A stretch of 64,000 bases of DNA from Thermoplasmata archaeon. Its GTDB lineage: Archaea; Thermoplasmatota; Thermoplasmata; Thermoplasmatales; Thermoplasmataceae. Positions 59,584-64,000 of the stretch are shown here, in pieces (within the stretch, counting starts at the first letter, position 1; every line of letters starts with the position of its first letter). The notes beneath the pieces are model-generated. The model was not told where the DNA came from. It did not search any database and worked only from the letters and a program-made list of their open reading frames with translations. Both the position numbers and the translations under genes were made by a program. Location of the stretch: assembly GCA_021816965.1 (NCBI GenBank), contig JAKAWU010000001.1, positions 22,259 to 86,258 on the forward strand. The letters are read 5' to 3'.

Positions 59584-60324
59584 ATGGCATCCTATTATAC
59601 CACTGATAAATTTTCCATCAGTATGACTCTTTTCACTTTTCCGGAATTGAACACCAGTGTGGTTTCCATTGAGAGCAGGATGGATGAGGCAGTGGTTGTG
59701 GAGAGAAAGAACAGGTTTCTTGCTGACATTTCACTGGAAGGTAGAATCTTTCCATGCCATATTCACGATCCCGGAAGGTTGAAGGAACTTATTTTTCCAG
59801 GAAGCAGGGTGCTGATCAGGAAAACTGCAGGACAGAAGACAGATTTGTCTGTCACTGCGGTTATTTTGGATAATGGAGAGAAAGTCCTCCTTGATACGAG
59901 GTTTCACAACAGTATTGGAAAGGCTTTCATCAGAAACCCTATTGGCTCGGAAAAGAAGTATCTCGATTCGAGATTTGATTTTCAGATACCGGGTGGATAT
60001 GTGGAGATAAAGGGTTGCAGCATGCAGGTTGGCCAATATGTTGTTTTCCCTGATGCACCAACTGAGAGGGGGGCAAAACACCTGAGGGAACTCACACATG
60101 CAAAGGAGACTGGAATGGATGCGGGAGTTGTATTTCTTGTTTTGAGGAGGGGTGCTAAATATTTCTATCCCAATCTGGCAACTGACGTGAAATTTTCAGA
60201 GGAATTCTTCAGGGCACTGGATGCTGGAGTTGAGATGATATTCCCAAAATTCACACTTATTAACACTAATATTGTCTATTGCGGAAATGCAGAACTCTCA
60301 GATCACACTCCAGAATTCTTCTGA
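59584..60324 (+). CDS. sfsA: SfsA-family PD-(D/E)xK nuclease
   Basis: RKNRF, HIHDPGRLKEL, SRFDF, YVEIKGC and FPDAPTERGAKHL. The start is possibly 59623. Confidence 0.9.
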   Translation: MASYYTTDKFSISMTLFTFPELNTSVVSIESRMDEAVVVERKNRFLADISLEGRIFPCHIHDPGRLKELIFPGSRVLIRKTAGQKTDLSVTAVILDNGEKVLLDTRFHNSIGKAFIRNPIGSEKKYLDSRFDFQIPGGYVEIKGCSMQVGQYVVFPDAPTERGAKHLRELTHAKETGMDAGVVFLVLRRGAKYFYPNLATDVKFSEEFFRALDAGVEMIFPKFTLINTNIVYCGNAELSDHTPEFF

Positions 60325-60349
60325 AAAAGATTAATAGAAAAAAGATGCA

Positions 60350-60676
60350 TTGTATCACATGGAATTTGTCATCACAACCGTCAACAAAACTGAGGATGCA
60401 GAGAAACTGGCAGAGGATCTGGTCAGGAATGGCCTTTCTCCATGCGTGAACTTGATTGAGGCAAACAATTCAGTATATATGTGGAATGGAGAAATTGTTC
60501 ATGAGAGGGAACATATTCTTCTCATCAAGGGAAAAGATCATAAAAAAATTTCCGAATTTCTCGGGAAGAATCATCCCTATGAGGTTCCTGAAATAATCTG
60601 GTTCAGTGGGGAGATTTCTTCAGATGAGTATAATAATTGGTTCAACTCATATTTTGCCAATGAAACACACAATTAA
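60350..60676 (+). CDS. cutA: CutA divalent-cation tolerance protein
   Basis: PCVN, SVYMWNG and HPYEVPEI. Confidence 0.92.
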   Translation: MYHMEFVITTVNKTEDAEKLAEDLVRNGLSPCVNLIEANNSVYMWNGEIVHEREHILLIKGKDHKKISEFLGKNHPYEVPEIIWFSGEISSDEYNNWFNSYFANETHN

Positions 60677-60739
60677 TATGAATTCTAAATGAAAAATGTT
60701 TAAATGGAACCAAACATTAGCTGTGCGGTTAGATTTAAA

Positions 60740-62185
60740 ATGAGTGAGAAGACAGACTATGATGTAATTGTTGCTGGTTCAGGGCTTGCAGGAATGACTT
60801 CCGCTGCCATGGCAGCAAAGGGCGGAGCATCAGTGCTTCTTGTGGACAGGAACGATGAAATAAATGTTGGAAAGAAAACTGTGTGGGGATGGTCCTGCGG
60901 TGACGCTGTTGCAGCATCGCATATTACATTCCTTGAGAAACATCTAAAAACAAAATTCGACAGACCTGAACTTGATCTGAAGGTTGATGGCGTTCTTGCA
61001 CTCTCCCCTGATCTCCAGGCAAAATACCCTTTCGATGGTGATGGATATTCTCTTGACAGACCAGCTTTCGAAAGAAAACTCTTGAAACTTGCAAAAGGAT
61101 ACAAAATAGATTACATGCACAACTTCGATGTTTCCGGGCCTGTGGTTGAGGATGGATTTGTATGTGGAATCAACGGGAAGGACATGGATGGAAAGCAGGT
61201 TACATTCAGGTCAAAAATAGTCATAGACGCACTTGGGGTTTCTACAGTCATAAGAAGAAATCTTCCAGAGAATCCTTTTGTGGACAGGTCAGTCGATATT
61301 GATGATATTGAAAGCACTGGGAGATACATCTACAGTTTTGAACTGGAGAAGGAAGATGAAAAGTATTATGATCCAAAATATGCACTGATCCACCTGAACA
61401 ATGATCTTGCACCCGGAGGATATGGATGGGTATTCCCGAAAAGTGGCAACAGGGTGAATATAGGTCTCGGAGTCCAGAAGAGAAGCCTGGACATAAGAAA
61501 CAAAAAATTTGGAAAGAATGATAATCTGCAGAAGCTAATTGATGATTATGTGAAGTGGATACCGATTTTCAAGAACCTGAAGCTGGATGAAAAGGATAAC
61601 AATGGAAAGGGAATATGGTCTGTTCCAGTGAGAAGACAGATGGAGAGCCTCGTTTTCAATGGTTATATGGGGGCTGGAGACAGCATGACAATGCCAAACC
61701 CCATCAGCGCAGGAGGGATAGGCCCTGCTTTGATTGCGGGAATACTTGCAGGAAACGTTGCTGCAAAAGCAGTTCAGGGCGGAGATGTTTCCGCTTCAGG
61801 CCTCTGGCAGTACAACCTCGATTTCAATGTGGAATACGGATCGAAGATGGCAGGAATGGAAGCATTCAGGATATACTTACAGTCCCTGAGCAATGAAATA
61901 CTGAACTATGGAATGAAGAATTTCCTCACAAGGAAGGAAGCTTCAGATCTCACGGTTGGACTTATTCCAGAACTTTCCATCGCAGACAAGGCAAAACTCA
62001 TACTCAAGGGTATGAAGAACATTAACGCTTTCAGCAATCTTGTCTTCACCGTGAAGAAGATGAAGGAACTCAACGAACTCTACCTGAATTATCCAAAGTC
62101 TGCTGGCGACTTTGCTCCATTCAAGACAAGGGTTGTTCATGAGATAGAGGGTATAAAGAAGAGATTCCCTCCTGCATCTGCTTGA
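60740..62185 (+). CDS. Geranylgeranyl-reductase-family flavoprotein
   Basis: YDVIVAGSGLAG, CGDAV, LDRPAF, PGGYGWVFPK and GDS...NPISAGGI. The start at MSEKTDYD is preferred over 60704. Confidence 0.88.
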   Translation: MSEKTDYDVIVAGSGLAGMTSAAMAAKGGASVLLVDRNDEINVGKKTVWGWSCGDAVAASHITFLEKHLKTKFDRPELDLKVDGVLALSPDLQAKYPFDGDGYSLDRPAFERKLLKLAKGYKIDYMHNFDVSGPVVEDGFVCGINGKDMDGKQVTFRSKIVIDALGVSTVIRRNLPENPFVDRSVDIDDIESTGRYIYSFELEKEDEKYYDPKYALIHLNNDLAPGGYGWVFPKSGNRVNIGLGVQKRSLDIRNKKFGKNDNLQKLIDDYVKWIPIFKNLKLDEKDNNGKGIWSVPVRRQMESLVFNGYMGAGDSMTMPNPISAGGIGPALIAGILAGNVAAKAVQGGDVSASGLWQYNLDFNVEYGSKMAGMEAFRIYLQSLSNEILNYGMKNFLTRKEASDLTVGLIPELSIADKAKLILKGMKNINAFSNLVFTVKKMKELNELYLNYPKSAGDFAPFKTRVVHEIEGIKKRFPPASA

Positions 62186-62191
62186 TGCAGA

Positions 62192-64000
62192 TCAGTTCTG
62201 GAGCGGAAAATCCATTTTTCTTAAAATTTCTAATTTTTCAGGATAGAGGAAGGAGAATACCCTGTCATCAGTTATGAATGGTATATCCCTTGCAACACAT
62301 TTTTTCCTTATTCCAGAGTCAGTAACCCCGTTGCTGCAGAATACGGTCTTATCCTGTGGATGATCAAGAATTTTTTCAGCTTCATCCCTGCTCATTGTCT
62401 TAATCTCTCCATCATGAATCATGGATGCATTTTCCCTGGTAAACACTATGAATTGATCTGTCAGCCCCATCTCATCAATAATGTTTTTCCGGAGTTCGTC
62501 CAGTGTCATGCCTGAAACCATGGCCTCCCCTGTGGATTTCATTTCCGGGCCAAGGCTCGCGTTTGAATTATGGTATCTGTCGAAGGGGAACACAGGAATC
62601 TTTGCATAGAATCCATGACTATCATTCCTGATATCTTTTATTTTCCCACCAAGTATGATCTCTGTTCCATACTCTATCCATGGTATTCCCGAATGCTTGG
62701 ACATTATAGGCAATGTCCTGCTTGCCCTGCTGTTCAACTCGATGACGTATATTTTCCCATCCTTCTCCATGAATTGTAGATTGGCAAACCCCTTCAGATA
62801 GAAACCAGACGAAAGCAATCTTGCAATCCTGATTGCCTCGTCTCTGATGTAATCCTCAGGAATCCATTCTCCACCTATTGATATGGCATCTCCTGAATGA
62901 ACACCTGCCTTTTCCAGATGTTCCATAATTCCTACCACATTTATTTCTCCAGAACTGCAGAGAAAGTCCAAGTCAAACTCTCTGGCCCCTTCCATGAATC
63001 TTGATATGTGAAGTTCAATATCTGAGCCGGATTCCTTCAATTCCGATATGTATTCATCCACTTCATCATCCCTGCGAAGGATTCTCATCAGGCTTCCTCC
63101 TATTATGAATGAAGATCTTATTATGACCGGAAGGCCCAATTCCTCCACTTTTTCCAGAACGTTGCTTGAATCTTTAGCAACTGTCCATTCGGGTTGAAGA
63201 ATTTTATTTTCCTGAAGAAACTTTGAGAACAGATTTCGATCCTCTATATTCATTATGGATTCATAAGAGGTTCCAAGGATTATCTCCTTTCCATGGATTT
63301 CCGACAGTATTCCCGCCATGTTCTGACCAGTCTGCCCTGAAAACTGGACTATTATGCCTTCAGGTTTCTTCATGTCAATCAACCCTGAAACATATTCGGG
63401 CACAAGAGGATCAAAGAACAACTGTGCAGATTCATCAAAATCCGTGGAAACAGTTTCGGGATTTGAGTTTATCATGAGTGGTTTCTTGCCTATTTTCATC
63501 AGATACCTCACTGCCTTGACTGAGCTGTAGTCAAATTCAAGGCCCTGGGCAATCCTGTTTGGTCCTGAACCCATGATTATGACTGAGTCTTCCATTGGCC
63601 CCCCTGATTCGTCCTCTTCCCCATAGGTTGAATACAGATATCTCGTCCCTGATCTGTATTCCCCTGAAGATGAATCAATGATCCTGTATGTGGTGGATAT
63701 GCCCATTGCCTTTCTCTTCTCAATCAATTCCTGCTCAGATATTCCACTGCACCATGATATGATCCTGTCCGGTATGCCAGTGATCTTCAGTTCTCGCAAA
63801 TCTTCTAAAATTTCATCCCTGTTCATTGAGAATATCCTCCTGAGAGGCTCGTATATCCTCCTGAGTATTCTATCATCCCATCCCGACATTTCAGAGATAT
63901 TCTCACAGGTGTATCCTGATTTTATTGCATTTATTATGCATCCCAATCTCACTCTTGATGGTGCCCTGATGTGTTTTTCAATATATTCTGCTGGAAGTTT
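62192..64000 (-). CDS. carB: Carbamoyl-phosphate synthase large subunit (5' part beyond the window)
   Basis: GSGPNRIAQGLEFDY, NSNPETVSTD, MEHLEKAGVHSGD, IELNSRASRT and LGPEMKSTGE. The frame is open to position 64000. Confidence 0.95.
   Translation of the reverse strand, partial: KLPAEYIEKHIRAPSRVRLGCIINAIKSGYTCENISEMSGWDDRILRRIYEPLRRIFSMNRDEILEDLRELKITGIPDRIISWCSGISEQELIEKRKAMGISTTYRIIDSSSGEYRSGTRYLYSTYGEEDESGGPMEDSVIIMGSGPNRIAQGLEFDYSSVKAVRYLMKIGKKPLMINSNPETVSTDFDESAQLFFDPLVPEYVSGLIDMKKPEGIIVQFSGQTGQNMAGILSEIHGKEIILGTSYESIMNIEDRNLFSKFLQENKILQPEWTVAKDSSNVLEKVEELGLPVIIRSSFIIGGSLMRILRRDDEVDEYISELKESGSDIELHISRFMEGAREFDLDFLCSSGEINVVGIMEHLEKAGVHSGDAISIGGEWIPEDYIRDEAIRIARLLSSGFYLKGFANLQFMEKDGKIYVIELNSRASRTLPIMSKHSGIPWIEYGTEIILGGKIKDIRNDSHGFYAKIPVFPFDRYHNSNASLGPEMKSTGEAMVSGMTLDELRKNIIDEMGLTDQFIVFTRENASMIHDGEIKTMSRDEAEKILDHPQDKTVFCSNGVTDSGIRKKCVARDIPFITDDRVFSFLYPEKLEILRKMDFPLQN

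Noticed and set aside
1-64000. CRISPR array, cas genes, intact transposases; numerous antisense ORFs of 60-200 aa
   Set aside because: No regularly spaced repeats or Cas/transposase motifs were seen. The antisense ORFs lie opposite well-supported genes and lack recognisable motifs.

Overview
This window looks like core chromosome of an acidophilic Thermoplasmatales archaeon, judging by the thermopsin-type surface protease, unlinked 5S rRNA, bacterial-type CoaA and leaderless TATA-proximal starts. It is gene dense, with about 57 CDSs. Housekeeping genes include aCPSF1/FttA, psmB, psmA, purC, purA, iorAB, taw1, ppa, a ubiA/ubiD-family pair, xerA, rpe, GINS, glyS, sfsA, cutA, a GGR-family reductase and carB (cut by the window edge). 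It also holds an opp/dpp ABC operon, arsC-arsB, RNase P RNA, two tRNA-Ser genes and a 5S rRNA. No CRISPR array, intact transposase or provirus was found. The most notable observations are: (1) a convergent pair of paralogous Met-rich polytopic membrane proteins, one fused to a NapH/FixG(CcoG)-like Fe-S module, possibly a Cu/Fe redox system; (2) a dif-like TATAA-N6-TTATA site just downstream of xerA; (3) an AT-rich secreted 600-aa protein with a hydrophobic hairpin (toxin-like); (4) a tRNA-Ser whose G1 is the last base of the upstream stop codon; (5) an MFS gene that appears to start at ACG; (6) two frameshifted toxin-antitoxin loci; (7) two IS200/IS605-like end remnants; (8) large insertions in both Opp ATPases. 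All calls rest on motif recognition by eye, and no database searches were run.
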